Shown here: positions 42,171-55,617 of the stretch, piece after piece
Layout: each line of letters begins with the position of its first letter
Numbering within the stretch: position 1 is the first letter of the stretch
Origin: Octopus vulgaris
Lineage: Eukaryota
Direction: 5' to 3'
Assembly (NCBI GenBank): GCA_951406725.2
Contig: OX597819.1
Coordinates: 88,350,001 to 88,414,000, forward strand
DNA length: 64,000 nt
Program-made: the position numbers and the translations under genes
Notes under the pieces: model-generated
Databases searched by the model: none
What the model was told of the DNA's origin: nothing
The model's input: only the letters and a program-made list of their open reading frames with translations

Positions 42171-42997
42171 TATACGAAGAGGCTTCCACACAGATTCTGT
42201 CTACCAAATTTTCTCACATGGCATTGGTTGGACAGGGCTATAGTAGAAGACACTTTCTCAGGGTGCCGCGCAGTGAAACTGAACCCGAAACCACATGGTT
42301 ATAAAACGAGCTTCTTAACCTCACATCTATGCCGTCTCCCACGTTTTGACATATTCACGAGAGGAAAGCATTTCCATCTCCACAAGTAGAACTCGAGAAA
42401 GTCGATGAGGGCCTATTCAAGTTCAACTTCAACAGCATTTATTGACCTTTTTTTCAGGAAGATATTTGTTCTTAGACCTCTGAGCCTTGTCTAATTTACA
42501 AACTCTTTCGTCGCAAGCACCAGAGAGAAGAAAACTGATTGTATTATCCTATTAAAGGTGGGCGGCAGAGCACCTAATTAAAACAAGGAAGTGACTGAAA
42601 TAGATAAAACATGATGATGTGGGGGAGCAGAAATTTTGGGGGAGTAGGTGAACGATCAACTGAATAAGAGAACGAATCGGGTGAACGTGTGAGTGAGTAA
42701 GTAAATATGTATGAGAGAGTGGAAGAAAGAAAGCGAGAGAGAGATTGAGTTAGTTGAATGAGTCTAACTGAATGAGTGAATAGCAACGAAGGAGTAAAGG
42801 GATGATGGAGTAGTGAATGTTTGAAAACGAGTGAGGACTGATCAAGCGAATGAAGACGAATGAAGGAGCAGTGAGTGAAAGAAACGACGAGTTTTCTTTT
42901 CTCTTTTTTCTTCTCCTTTCCTTTCTTCTTCTTCCCCCTCTTCTTCATCTATTATAATTCCATTCATACCTGAGATTGCATTAGAGGAATATATATA

Positions 42998-43145
42998 TCT
43001 TTTCTACTCTAGGCACGCGGCCCGAAATTTTGGGGGAGCGGGGCAGTCGATTAAATCGACCCCAATACGCAATTGGTACATCATTTATCGACCCCGAAGG
43101 AATGAAAGGCAAAGTCGACCTCGTCGGAATTTGAACTCTGAACGT
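42998..43145 (-). mobile_element. SINE family B
   Basis: Family B body with the tttctactctaggcac tail. Confidence 0.85.
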
Positions 43146-43435
43146 GTTAGAGGAATATATAATTTAATCTAAGTAGCTGACGGATACTTTATTCTATCGA
43201 CCCTGTAAGAATGAAAGTTGGCGCCAGCGGGATTTAAGAGAGACAGTGAGTGAATGCTTAGGGTTTGAATGAGTGAATATAGTGGTGTATGAAATAAATG
43301 AATGAATGTGTGTGAGTGAGTGAGTGAGTGAATGAGTGAGAGTGAGTGAGTGAGTGAGTGAGTGAGTGAGTGAGTGAGTGAAGGTATCAAAGTGAATTAG
43401 GGAGATAGCAATGGTCATTCAGTTATTTCAGTCAT

Positions 43436-43808
43436 TTACTTGCTTCAGTAATTTGGCTGCGGCCATGCTGGAGCACCGCCTTTAGTCGAACAAATCGACC
43501 CCAAGACTTTATAAGCCTATACTTATTCTATCGGTCACTTTTGTCGAACCGCTAAGTTACGAAGACATAAACACACCAGCATTAGTTGTCAAGCGATGTG
43601 TGTGTGTGTGTGGGGGGGGACAAACGCAGACATACGCACACAAATACAAATATATATACGATGGGCTTTTTTCAGTTTCCGTCTACCAAGTCCACTCACA
43701 AAGCTTTGGTCGCCCCGAGGCTATAGTAGAAGACACTTGCCCAAGGCGCCACGTAGTAGAACTGAACTCAACAATAGTTGAGAAGCAAGCTTCTTAAAAC
43801 ACAGCCAC
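43436..43808 (-). mobile_element. SINE family A
   Basis: Reverse complement of family A. It forms an inverted pair with 43972-44370. Confidence 0.9.
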
Positions 43809-43971
43809 ATTTTAAAAACGAATATGGAATATTTGAGTGAGTAAATGAACAAGTGAGGTTTGAGTATTAGCACGAGTGAGTGGGTGTGTGATTCTTTGAG
43901 CGATTGCATGAGTGAAAGGTGAATGAATGAATGGATATAATAAAAATAAATGCTTGTAGAGAAAATATGAC

Positions 43972-44370
43972 GGTGGTAAGTAGCTTGCTAACCAACCACA
44001 TGGTTCCGGGTTCAGTCCCACTGCGTGGCATCTTGGGCAAGTGTCTTCTGCTATAGCCCGGGCCGACCAATGCCTTGTGAGTGGATTTGGTAGACGGAAA
44101 CTGAAAGAAGCCTGTCGTATATATGTATATATATATATGTGTGTATATGTGTTTGTGTGTTTGTGTGTCTGTGTTTGTCCCCCGAGCATTGCTTGACAAC
44201 CGATGCTGGTGTGTTTATGTCGCCGTCACTTAGCGGTTCGGCAAAAGAGACCGATAGAATAAGTACTGGGCATACAAAGAATAAGTCCCGAGGTCGATTT
44301 GTTCGACTAAAGGCGGTGCTCCAGCATGGCCGCAGTCAAATGACTGAAACAAGTAAAAGAGAAAAGAGAA
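43972..44370 (+). mobile_element. SINE family A (young, near-consensus copy)
   Basis: ggttccgggttcagtcccactgcgtggcatcttgggcaagtgtc (B box plus CORE-like segment) through tgactgaaacaagtaaaagag. Confidence 0.9.
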
Positions 44371-45147
44371 AAAATATAAAAACTAAGTATGTGAGTGATT
44401 GAACACGTGACAGAGTGAGTGCGTTCCAGTGATTCATGAGTAAGAGAGTGTTTCACTGACTGAGTATTTTAGTGATTGCACATGAGTGAGAAAATGAGTT
44501 AAGATTGTAAAAATAAATGTTTGAAGAGGGTATTTTCGCAATGTAAATGAAAAGAAGAAAAAAAGATAGCCAGATAGCTATAGAAAAATGCTGAGTATCT
44601 GAGCGATTGCATGAATGAGAGAGTGAATCTTTCAGTAACTATAAGAGCGAACGTTGATAATAAAAACAAAAGGAAGTAAGGTAAATATCTCAATTAGTGG
44701 CTTGTATTTTAATAAGTTAAGGGATAATGTACTGAATGCCGTAAGTAAGAACTTATGAATTGAATGACATTTCTCAACTTAGTTGGAAAAAATAACCTAG
44801 TGACAATTGTGACTGTCAAAGCAGGAGGGGAGATAATTAATCTTTCAATGTCAAATGACAGGCTAAATGAGAAGCTTGATCTTTATTTGCCTTTGGTTTA
44901 GCTTTGTCGTTTGATCTTCGTTTACCATTAATCTTTGGATTTTGTTTATGGCGAAATTTTTCAAGGAGAACAGAAAATGGCAATATGAATAGTGGTGATT
45001 TAAGTGAATGAATGAATGAGTGAGTGAGTGAGGGTAATAGGTGAGTGTGTGATTGGTTGCGTGAGTGTTGGAATGAGTGTTGGAATTGGGGAATGAGGTG
45101 AATGAGTTAGTTTTGGCAAATTGAAATGTTTATAAAAAGAGTTTCTT

Positions 45148-45206
<59 letters not shown>

Positions 45207-45375
45207 AAACAACAACTACTTATGCAGTAAGCAAAAGTGAAGAAATTATCGTTTGATGGGTCAAGAATTTGAATGAGCGTGCAAACGAATGATAAATAAA
45301 TAAATAAAGTTGTATTGCTGTTTAGACTCGGATCGAGCAGGGCTATAATTAAACACAATCCAGCAATAAACTTTG

Positions 45376-45535
<160 letters not shown>

Positions 45536-46119
45536 GTGTTGTTGTTATATTCAAGACTATATTGTCCAGCTTGTCTACTCTTACCTTTTTTAAGACAGTA
45601 GGATAGGAGTTCAGTGACATTTTGCTGCTATTTTTAACATGTCGGGTGACTTCGTAAAGGCTCTAACTTGAGTTCATAAAGGAAAAAATCTAAACATATT
45701 CGTAAGAGATAAGCGTTGGTAGTGGAGATTTTGAATGAATGGGGGGAAAATGATAAGATTATCTATTGAAAGATGTGTGAAAGTTAACGAACGAGTATGC
45801 TAGCGAATGAGAAAGAATGGGATGGGAAGTAAAAAATAACATAATGGGGAAAGTCATCTAAGAATATAAGAATATAAAAGAAGAAAAGAAAAAAAATAAG
45901 GAAAATAATTTCAGAGTTGTACTTGTATGACAAGTAATTCTGAGATCGGGCGTTGAAAGCGAAACAAGCGCATCGTGGCAAATCCAAAACATGACATTTA
46001 TATTCGTGTATAAGCAGAGTTTTTTTTCTTCTTTTTTTTAAAAATTCTATAATTAGGAGATTTGAACACACTCCAAGTCCGTAGTTCTTGGCTAGGGCTC
46101 ATATTTTTTACTTCTTCAA

Positions 46120-46352
46120 AAGGCGGCGAGTTGGCAGAAACGTTAGCACGCCGGGCGAAATGCTTAGCGGTATTTCGTCTGCCGTTACGCTCTGAGTTCA
46201 AATTCCGCCGAGGTCGACTTTGCCTTTCATCCTTTCTGGGTCGATAAATTAAGTACCAGTTACGCACTGGGATCGATATAATCGACTTAATCCGTTTGTC
46301 TGTCCTTGTTTGTTCTCTCTATGTTTAGCCCCTTGTGGGCAATAAAGAAATA
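46120..46352 (+). mobile_element. SINE family B, full length
   Basis: aggcggcgagttggcagaaacgttagc (A box) ... gagttcaaattcc (B box) ... gactttgcctttcatcc...gataaattaagtaccag (Meta-like) ... gggcaataaagaaata. Confidence 0.9.
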
Positions 46353-46444
46353 ACGTAATGTTCACCTCATCCCAGATTATGAATTAAAAACTTGGCCTCA
46401 AGGGGTATCGTAGGATATACACCGCCTTATAGAATTTTTAACCG

Positions 46445-46737
46445 AATGGGTCGACCTCAATACTTATTATTTTTTAAAGCCTGGTGCTGAATTCATCGAT
46501 CTCTTTTGACGAAGCGCTAAGTTACAAGAACGTAACCGCACCAATTCCGGTTGTCAAACGGCGATGGAAACTCGAACACAGACACAAACTCACATTTTCC
46601 GTCTACCAAATGCACTCACAAGGCTTTGGTCGGCCCGAGACTATACAAGACATTTGTCGTAGGTGCGGTGCCACGCAGTGGGATTGAACCAGAACTATGT
46701 GATTGGGAAGCAAACTTCTTACCACACAATTCCGCCT
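46445..46737 (-). mobile_element. SINE family A (older copy)
   Basis: Family A homology. Confidence 0.8.
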
Positions 46738-48712
46738 ACGTCTGTATATGTTTCTTCAAGAGTGTAAGTATTTTCTGTCCATAAGAAATGTCTCGCTTCA
46801 TAAAATGCTTAATTTACATATCTCGAGTTACGCCATGCAGTTGATTTCTAAAAAGAGTGTTATGCATGATTACCCAAAAGAAAAGATTTTAAGACATTCG
46901 TAATAAGAAAAAAATATGTATATTCTATGAATCTTCTTCCTTATCTAACACTGGCGATCCAATACCGTCCTATGCGGGAACTTTTTTCATCGAGCTCTAG
47001 AGAAATAAATGACAAAGTTGACGTCAGCAGGATTTGAACTCCGAGCACAGATAGTTAAGAACAAATATCACGAGGAATACCTATCCGGTACCTTAATCCC
47101 TCCACTGGGAAATTATATTTCAAAGTTATTCCAGTAATGATGCTTAACATCACTATTGGAATAACCTTGAAATATCTACCAAAGAAAGAAAAGAAAAATA
47201 GAATTGGTATTTTCAGCAAGTCACGTTGCCTCAATAAACTTGACATATCTCAACAGAAAATTCTTTTAAACATGACATTCTTCAACTGCTTTCTATAACC
47301 AAAAGGTAGAGAAACTTTGAGTAGCTATACCTGATTTCTGCTGCAAAAGGGTTAAGAACTATACCAATTCGCCGCCTTAATACAGCATAAATATAAAGCA
47401 ACTATAGAAACAGAGAAAATTTATCGTGGTGTGTGTTAACAGTTCTTGAATTTGGATAAGTTTATATGCTGGGAATATTGGAAAAGCCTGCCGCTTTGGA
47501 AGTGACACCTCGTCTGGGATAAAGAAAAGAAATTGTTATGGCTGTATTTTATAAATAATTTCAATTGCGTGGCCTATATAGTACTAAACCACTTAACTGA
47601 AAAATTTATTTTCTCCCAGACAAGAGTTAGTCAAGAAACGTCAAATTCTTCTTTTCTCTACGGCATACAAAGTTGTCCAAACTTATGAATGTCACAATAT
47701 AACAGTATTATATGTTCGTTTTAAATGGCTGTCATAACTCTACTACGATAGCGAATAAATGAAACATGGCGAAATGGCGAGTAAGGTGTCTAGACCATGA
47801 ATGATTGACTCACTGTGAATAAAGATGTTTTTGTTTAGTTCCCAGTATAGCTCTGATAGAGCAAACCTATTATCGATGCCTTTCTTGCAGTGATCATCCT
47901 GCTTTTGCTTTTTTTCTTTTAAAACATAGTATGTCTAAGACTACATTATCCAATATGCCCCGGTCTTTTTTCTTTTAAGATTGTAGAATATTTAAGGAAT
48001 ATTTGGTGATATTTCTATCGATCAAAAATACAGGGCCCTTCACTGGTTTCATTGATAAGCTGAAAGGAATAACGGATAGACGTACAGATGCTACAAGAGA
48101 GAGAAGGGGAGAGAAAGAGGTGAAATAAAAGAGAGAGAGAGATAGTGAGAGAAAGAAGGAAAGAGAGAAACAGACAAGACAGAGACAGACAGAGAGAGGA
48201 AGAGAGAGAAAAGAGAAAGAGAGTGTGTGCGTTAGAAAAAAAAAATACCTGAAAGCTGCCATTGAAAATGTCGTTCTTCAGAGTGAGCAACGTAATGGCG
48301 GCAACTCGCTGGCAATGATAATGGCGACGGCGACCAGTTGTTGTATTCAGACTGTTCTGTGTACTATTGGCTGTCAACCAATATTGAGTGAAACATTTGC
48401 TTTCTGTCCTCTCTTTTTCTCTATTTTTTCTATTTTTTTTTTTTTTTGTGTGTGTGTGTTTATAGAAGTATGTGCGTGTGTTCTGTGTTTTGTGGCTTTG
48501 TTTCGTTTTGCTTCTCCCGTGTATTCCGTCCAGCGAGTTGCCGCTGCTTTGGCTATATTTCAGCAACTTGACACACCCTTACCCATCCACCGCTCATCAC
48601 ATATACAGTGGTCACTAGAAATGGACACTTCTGGCATGGTGACAACGACCCTCTAGTTAGGGGAGTTTATTTCGTTTATATTTTGCTTTCTCTCTTTCTT
48701 TTATTTTTCTTC

Positions 48713-48787
<75 letters not shown>

Positions 48788-49366
48788 CATCATTATTATC
48801 ATTATTATTATCGTCGTCATCTTCATCATATTTTTTATGAGGAACATTATATAGATTCCCCCGCTTATCCTCTTTCTCTCATTCTCCCGCTTTGCTTCAG
48901 TCTTCTAATTCTCCTCCTCCTCCTCCTCCTCCCGTTCCACGCTCTTTCTGCGACGCAAATTAAAACTGTAATCACATTTTCATGTTATTCATTCTTGTGA
49001 CATGGCTCGCATACGGTGTTCATATGATTAAGGTGAGATGTATACAGATGGATGGGAGAAAATGAATTGTTCGTGTGAGTTCGCGTATAAGGGTGTGCTT
49101 ATTTACACACACACACACACACACACACACTCATACACGCACACACGCACACACATTAACATACACAAACAGAAACATTCACGCACCTATATATATATTA
49201 ATTAACTGATAGTTGGACACTTTCCTTCAATTTATACTAGTACTAATAATTTCTCTAAAAGATTCTAAATTTGGCTTTAGGCCCACTTAGTAATATGCTG
49301 TTCAAAACGTTCGAGAGAAACATTTTAAAACTGGCGAGAAATATTAAGTAAAAACTAAATGTGTGA

Positions 49367-49452
<86 letters not shown>

Positions 49453-49454
49453 GT

Positions 49455-50150
49455 GGGCGCATGCGTGGCTGCGTGGTAAGAAACTTGCTTCCCAACTACA
49501 TGGTTCCGGGTTCAGTCTTCAATTACAATTCTGGACCGACCAACACCATGTGAATGAATTTGGTAGCCGGAAACTGAAAAAGACTCGTCGTATATGTGCG
49601 TGTACAAGTGAATGTGTGTGTGCGTTTGAGCCTGTCTGTGGAAGTATGTATGCATGTGTGTGTATGTGCATGTATGTATATGTGTGTATGCAAGCATATG
49701 TCTATGTGTGTACTGTATCTCTTTGTGTAATGTTTGTTACCCATCATCGATCGACAACCGGTATTGGTTTATTTGCGTCCATGTAGCTTGGCATTACAGC
49801 AAAGGAGACCGATTGAAGGAAAACGAAGCTTAAAGAATGAGTACTGGGGTCGATTTATTCAACTAAACCCTTTAAGGCGGCGCATCAGTGTGACTGCGAT
49901 CCAATGACTGAAACAAATAAATGATAGCAACTTTCAGTGGAAATTAAAGAACAACATAAAGCACGTCTAGGAATTCGTTTATACTTTTAATTATTTCAGT
50001 CATTACATTGCAGCCATGCTGGGACACCGCCTTTAGGAATTTTAGTCAAACGAAACGATCCCAGTACTTATTTTAAAGCATGATACTTATTCTATCGAAC
50101 CGGTAAGTTACGAGAACATAAAAACAACATCACTGGTTGACAATCGGTGG
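49455..50150. mobile_element. Two SINE family A copies tail-to-tail (49455-49925 on +, 49990-50150 on -)
   Basis: Family A homology in opposite orientations. Confidence 0.8.
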
Positions 50151-50166
50151 CAGATGTATATGTATG

Positions 50167-50339
<173 letters not shown>

Positions 50340-50370
50340 GTATATATATATATGTATGTACATATATATA

Positions 50371-50419
<49 letters not shown>

Positions 50420-50987
50420 GTATGTATATATATATATATGTCTTATGCATAAATGGCAATTTCTATCTTTCTGTTTGTTTCTATCTTGCTGCCTACACCA
50501 GTGAGCCAACCTTCAGAAAACTTTAATAATCCAGTTCAATTATAAGCTAACTGGATTTCAATAAAATTCAATAATAGGCCCTCTAGTGGGGTTGGGCTAT
50601 TATAGGATAAAATGAGAAGGGTGCAAAGAGTGCTAGTGTGAGGGAAATGTGGTGGCACAGTGAGTGTGGCTGATATCAGAAAAGGGGGGAACAGCGTTGC
50701 GTAAGCGACAAATATGGAGTGGCAGTGGGATGGTAAGATTGATACAGCTGTCATATACACACGACGCTGCATACATACTTTCGTAAATACATAGATGCAT
50801 GCACACACACACATGCACATAAGTCACTTTAAAAGGCCGAGGAAGGGAAAGAAAGGTGGGTGTAACGAATACGTAGCTTTAAGGAGAGTGGAGGTAGGTG
50901 GCTTTTCTGCTGTCTATCACAGAAACACTCACACACAGACACGCACATACATACATACATACATACATACATACATACATACATACA

Positions 50988-51023
<36 letters not shown>

Positions 51024-51025
51024 TA

Positions 51026-52432
51026 TTGGCTCCGGTCATCTGCGAGCCCTTAACACGACTATTCAATATGTCATTGGCGACGGGTGTTATACCTGCAGAC
51101 TGGAGAACAGCGATAATCTGCCCAATTTTCAAGAAAGGGAGCCGCGAAGACCCGCTTAACTACCGACCGGTTTCCCTTACATCAATAATCAGCAAGATGT
51201 TCGAAACCATCCTTAAGAAAAGTATGATGCTCCACCTCCTAAACACAGCCTCGATCACTGATTCCCAACACGGCTTCGTGCCGAAGAGATCATGCTTGAC
51301 CAACTTACTAGTAATGGAGGAATTGGTGACGCGCATCCTCGATGATAGTGATGCTGTTGACATCGTTTTATTGGACTTTGCCAAAGCTTTTGACTCGGTA
51401 AACCACCGCCTACTACTTGTCAAGCTTCAAGCATATAGTTTCCATCCGGATATTGTACGATGGGTTGGTGCCTTCCTCTCAGATCGCTCCTTCCAAGTTC
51501 AAGTTAATGGTTCGCGGTCCGACGTCTCCAGTGCGAGCAGTGGCGTGCCTCAAGGTTCAGTGCTTGGGCCCTTGTTGTTCTTAGTCTTCATAAATGACTT
51601 GCCCGACGACCTCACGCAACACACCCTTCTATTTGCCGACGATATCAAACTGGTCGCTCCTCGCGGTAGTATAGAGGATCTTCGTCGATGCCTCCACCAA
51701 ATTTGGAAGTGGTCTAACGATTGGGACCTGTGTCTGAACGTGTCAAAGTGCTGTCATCTGCCTGTCGGCTCTACTCCTGCAACTCAACTTGATTTCGAGC
51801 CGGGTCGTCTGCTGCTGGAGAGGACCGATCAGGTAAAGGACCTGGGTATCTTGGTGGATTCCTCCTTTTCGCCTTCGGCCCAGTGCGTCCATGCTGCCAA
51901 CAAAGCGCGCGGAATTCTGTTTTTGATTCGACGGTCATTCGGAATGCTCACAGCAGCCATATTCCTGCCACTCTATGTCACGCTGGTGAGACCCATATTG
52001 GAGTATGGGATTCAAGCCTCTTCTCCTTATCTCCTCAAAGACATACAGCACCTCGAAAGAGTCCAGAGGCTGGCTACCCGCATGGTTCATGGTCTCAAAA
52101 ATTTGTCCTACGAAGAAAGGTTGAGGACGCTCGACCTTTGTTCTCTTGAAAAACGCCGCCGCCGTGGTGATCTCATTCTCGCCCACAACATCATAAGCGG
52201 GAAGTGTAACCTCTCGAAAGAGCTGTTCTTCACTCCTGCTCCGGAGCGTCGGCTGTGGGGTCATTCCGAAAAGCTCTACCTGCGACGATTTCATCTCAAT
52301 CGAAGGAGAGGAGCTTTCTCCGTCCGGGTTGCGGATCCGTGGAACAAGCTGCCAGACGAGATGGTGAAGATGCCGACGACCGCTTTGTTCAAAGCCTCCC
52401 TGGACCTCAAGTGGCCTGAACTCTTTACATGA
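51026..52432 (+). CDS. Reverse transcriptase (ORF2 C-terminal about 470 aa) of a 5'-truncated CR1-like LINE; uninterrupted frame
   Basis: PIFKKG..NYRPVSLTS, QHGF...SCLTNL, LDFAKAFDSV.H, GVPQGSVLGPLLF, FADD, KDLGI. The ORF-track N-terminus (50795-51025) is unrelated flank and microsatellite. Confidence 0.9.
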   Translation: MAPVICEPLTRLFNMSLATGVIPADWRTAIICPIFKKGSREDPLNYRPVSLTSIISKMFETILKKSMMLHLLNTASITDSQHGFVPKRSCLTNLLVMEELVTRILDDSDAVDIVLLDFAKAFDSVNHRLLLVKLQAYSFHPDIVRWVGAFLSDRSFQVQVNGSRSDVSSASSGVPQGSVLGPLLFLVFINDLPDDLTQHTLLFADDIKLVAPRGSIEDLRRCLHQIWKWSNDWDLCLNVSKCCHLPVGSTPATQLDFEPGRLLLERTDQVKDLGILVDSSFSPSAQCVHAANKARGILFLIRRSFGMLTAAIFLPLYVTLVRPILEYGIQASSPYLLKDIQHLERVQRLATRMVHGLKNLSYEERLRTLDLCSLEKRRRRGDLILAHNIISGKCNLSKELFFTPAPERRLWGHSEKLYLRRFHLNRRRGAFSVRVADPWNKLPDEMVKMPTTALFKASLDLKWPELFT

Positions 52433-52516
52433 ACACCACCCTGTACTTAACTCCATGTCCCCCTACAAGGCCTTGCTATTTGCTTTTGAGCCAAATTAAC
52501 TAACTAACTAACTAAC
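51026..52516 (+). mobile_element. Young CR1-like LINE copy with a (TAAC)n tail, inserted in a TA microsatellite
   Basis: RT ORF plus a 3' UTR shared with the 28630-29200 copy. There is no endonuclease domain (5' truncated). Confidence 0.9.
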
Positions 52517-52897
<381 letters not shown>

Positions 52898-53719
52898 GGA
52901 GGGAGAGTCAAAAATTATACGCATTCTTGTTTTTTTTTTCAATATATTTACACAAGGCTCTTGATTTCGTAAAACTTTACAGTAGCATCACTGATAGAGA
53001 TATACATACAATAATTCACGCTTGAGAATCTATCGTGTATCTTGAAGACAACATATCGATAAATGAATTTATAATCAGATCTTTAGTATGAGCATGAGAA
53101 CCACCGATTCAGTGGAAATTTTCGACCTGACTGGAAATATATATTTTACACTTAATTCACAGTTCATCATCATAACTTGGAGAGGATGATCTATTGATCT
53201 CCATGAATATAAACAAGCAGCAGATATGTTTGGAAACGGCCTAATAAAGTTATTGTCTTGAAAATGAAAGTAAAAGTTAACCTTAAAATAGTTATATATT
53301 ATATGTAAAATTCAAAATTAATAATGCAAAATTTCAACAGCCCATTAAATCAAATGAGTCAGTAATATAAATAGCCAGCAATTGAAGCTTCTCTTCGAAT
53401 ATCTTAAGAATTTTGACTATCTATAATGGTCAGTTTCGACCATCTATAATGGTCAATATAGTTGCGAACAAATACAATAGGCTACTGGCATCAAGTGGTT
53501 TCAAAGAAGCTATTAAACATAATTGACTAACACAACCAAATAGGAAAATGAACAGAAAGATAATATGCAAGAATCCTGTTTTCCATAAATACAATCACAC
53601 CAACAGGAAAAACATTTCTCGATTAGACATAAGTACAGGAATATCTTAAAATAAACTACTCTATGTTTACCACGTTTGCTAAGACTGTAAACTCCTTGAA
53701 TGATAGTAATAATAATACG

Positions 53720-54390
53720 CGAAGGAATGGCTGTGTAGTTGAAAAGCCCACTTTGCAACCATCAGGGGAAGAGTTTTGTACTATATACCGGTGTCAACCA
53801 ATAACGTTTGAATAAATTGAATAGACAGAAACTTTGACGTGGATATACCCCAGGACTTATTCATTGCAAGCCTAGTACTTATTCTATCGGCCTCTTTTGC
53901 CGAACCACTAAGTTACGGGGGTGTGAACACACCAGCATCGGTTGTTAAGCGATGGTGGGGGTACAAACACAGACACAGACAAACATATATATATATTTAC
54001 GACGGGCTTCGTTCAGTTTCCGTCTACCAAATCCATTCACAAGGCTCTGGTCGGCCCGAGGCTATAGTAGTAGACACTTGCCCAAGATGCTACGCAGTGA
54101 GACTGAACCCGGAAACATGTGGATGGTAAACAAGCTACTTACCAAACAGCCACTCCTGCACCATGTATGTATGCATGCATTTTAGTGTTTGTGTTTGTCC
54201 AACTCCACCATCACCTGATAACCGGTGTTAATTTGTTTAGGTTTCTGTAACTTATCGGTGCGGAAAAAGAGATGAATTACAATAAGTACCAATCTTAAAA
54301 AGTGAGTACTGGAGTCGATTTGTTCGACTAAACCCCCCAAGTTGGTGCCCCAGCATGACTGCAATCCAATGACTGAAAAAAAAAAAGATA
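53720..54390. mobile_element. Nested SINE family A: a plus-strand copy (53720-53835 and 54185-54390) interrupted by a minus-strand copy (53848-54160)
   Basis: The head and tail of one copy flank an inverted second copy. Confidence 0.75.
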
Positions 54391-54937
54391 AAAAGATTAT
54401 AAAAATTTCAATCGTCAGAACACAATAAACAGAGTACAGGAAACACAATAAACAGGAACACAGTAAACAGAGTACATGGCGAGTTACATTGCGTGTAACT
54501 CGCCATGTACTCGCCATGCGTATTTCCAGTTAAACCAATAGGAAGAATGTGTTATGTATGCAGCCTATATCACAAGAAGCACAAGACGAAATAGTATACA
54601 TTATATAGTTATGTCAGTAAGCCAATTTAAATACCAACTTCATCAATTTAACTATACATGGATATGAAGCAGATATTTTGTTCTAGAAAATAATAATACA
54701 CTCTAGGTAATTATAAGCAGAATTTTAGATCAAGCACCTACACACATGCAATCAAATGCTCTTTGCAGTCGTCTTTGCAGCATAGAATAATATTGATCTT
54801 TAGAAATATTACAAATTACTAAACTGACACACACAATTGCTTTCGCTGTACGTTCACCTACAGAAGTATGTATTAAAAAAAGCCTACAGACATCTGAAAA
54901 GGAGTTGCATTGAATCCCAGTGATATACATAGTCATA

Positions 54938-55145
54938 AGGCAGCGAACTGGCAGCATCGTTTGCACGCCGGACGAAGTGTTTAGTGGCATTTTTTCTGTC
55001 TTTACGTTCTGAGTTCAAATTCCGCCGGGATCGATTTTTCCTTTCAGCCTTTCGAGGTCGATAAGTACCGGCTAAGCACTGGGATCGATTTAAACAACTT
55101 ACTTCTTCCACCAAAATGCTGGCCTTGTATAAAAAAATTGAGATT
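54938..55145 (+). mobile_element. SINE family B
   Basis: aaggcagcgaactggcagcatcgtt...gagttcaaattccgcc. Confidence 0.85.
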
Positions 55146-55511
55146 AATATTATACATAGTCATATTCCCTTTCATTTGATTTATATAATTTATTTCAGTT
55201 TCATTTTAATTTTCACTTACTAGGTTCATTTTCCTCTGAAAATTGTATTTAACTGTCTAATTATTTTAAAATTAGAATTAAAGGGACTTCATTTTGTTAA
55301 TAACTCAATAAAAACGTATAAGAAAACAATATGGATATCATAATAGTCCCTACAGAATTCCCTTATATTTATACACGCACATACATATGTATATGTGTGT
55401 GTGCGCGTGTAGATGTGTGTGTATGTGTGTATTTGTACGTGTATACACACGTGCGTATAATACACAGACACACACACACGCACACACGCACACGCACACA
55501 CACACACACAC

Positions 55512-55617
<106 letters not shown>

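Noticed and set aside
48015-48566. 183-aa minus-strand ORF
   Set aside because: It has a non-ATG start, runs through low-complexity tracts and shows no recognisable domain. The region is kept only as a possible non-coding structured element.
50795-51025. N-terminal 77 aa of the 545-aa ORF
   Set aside because: This is chance in-frame flank and (TACA)n. LINE homology begins at 51026.
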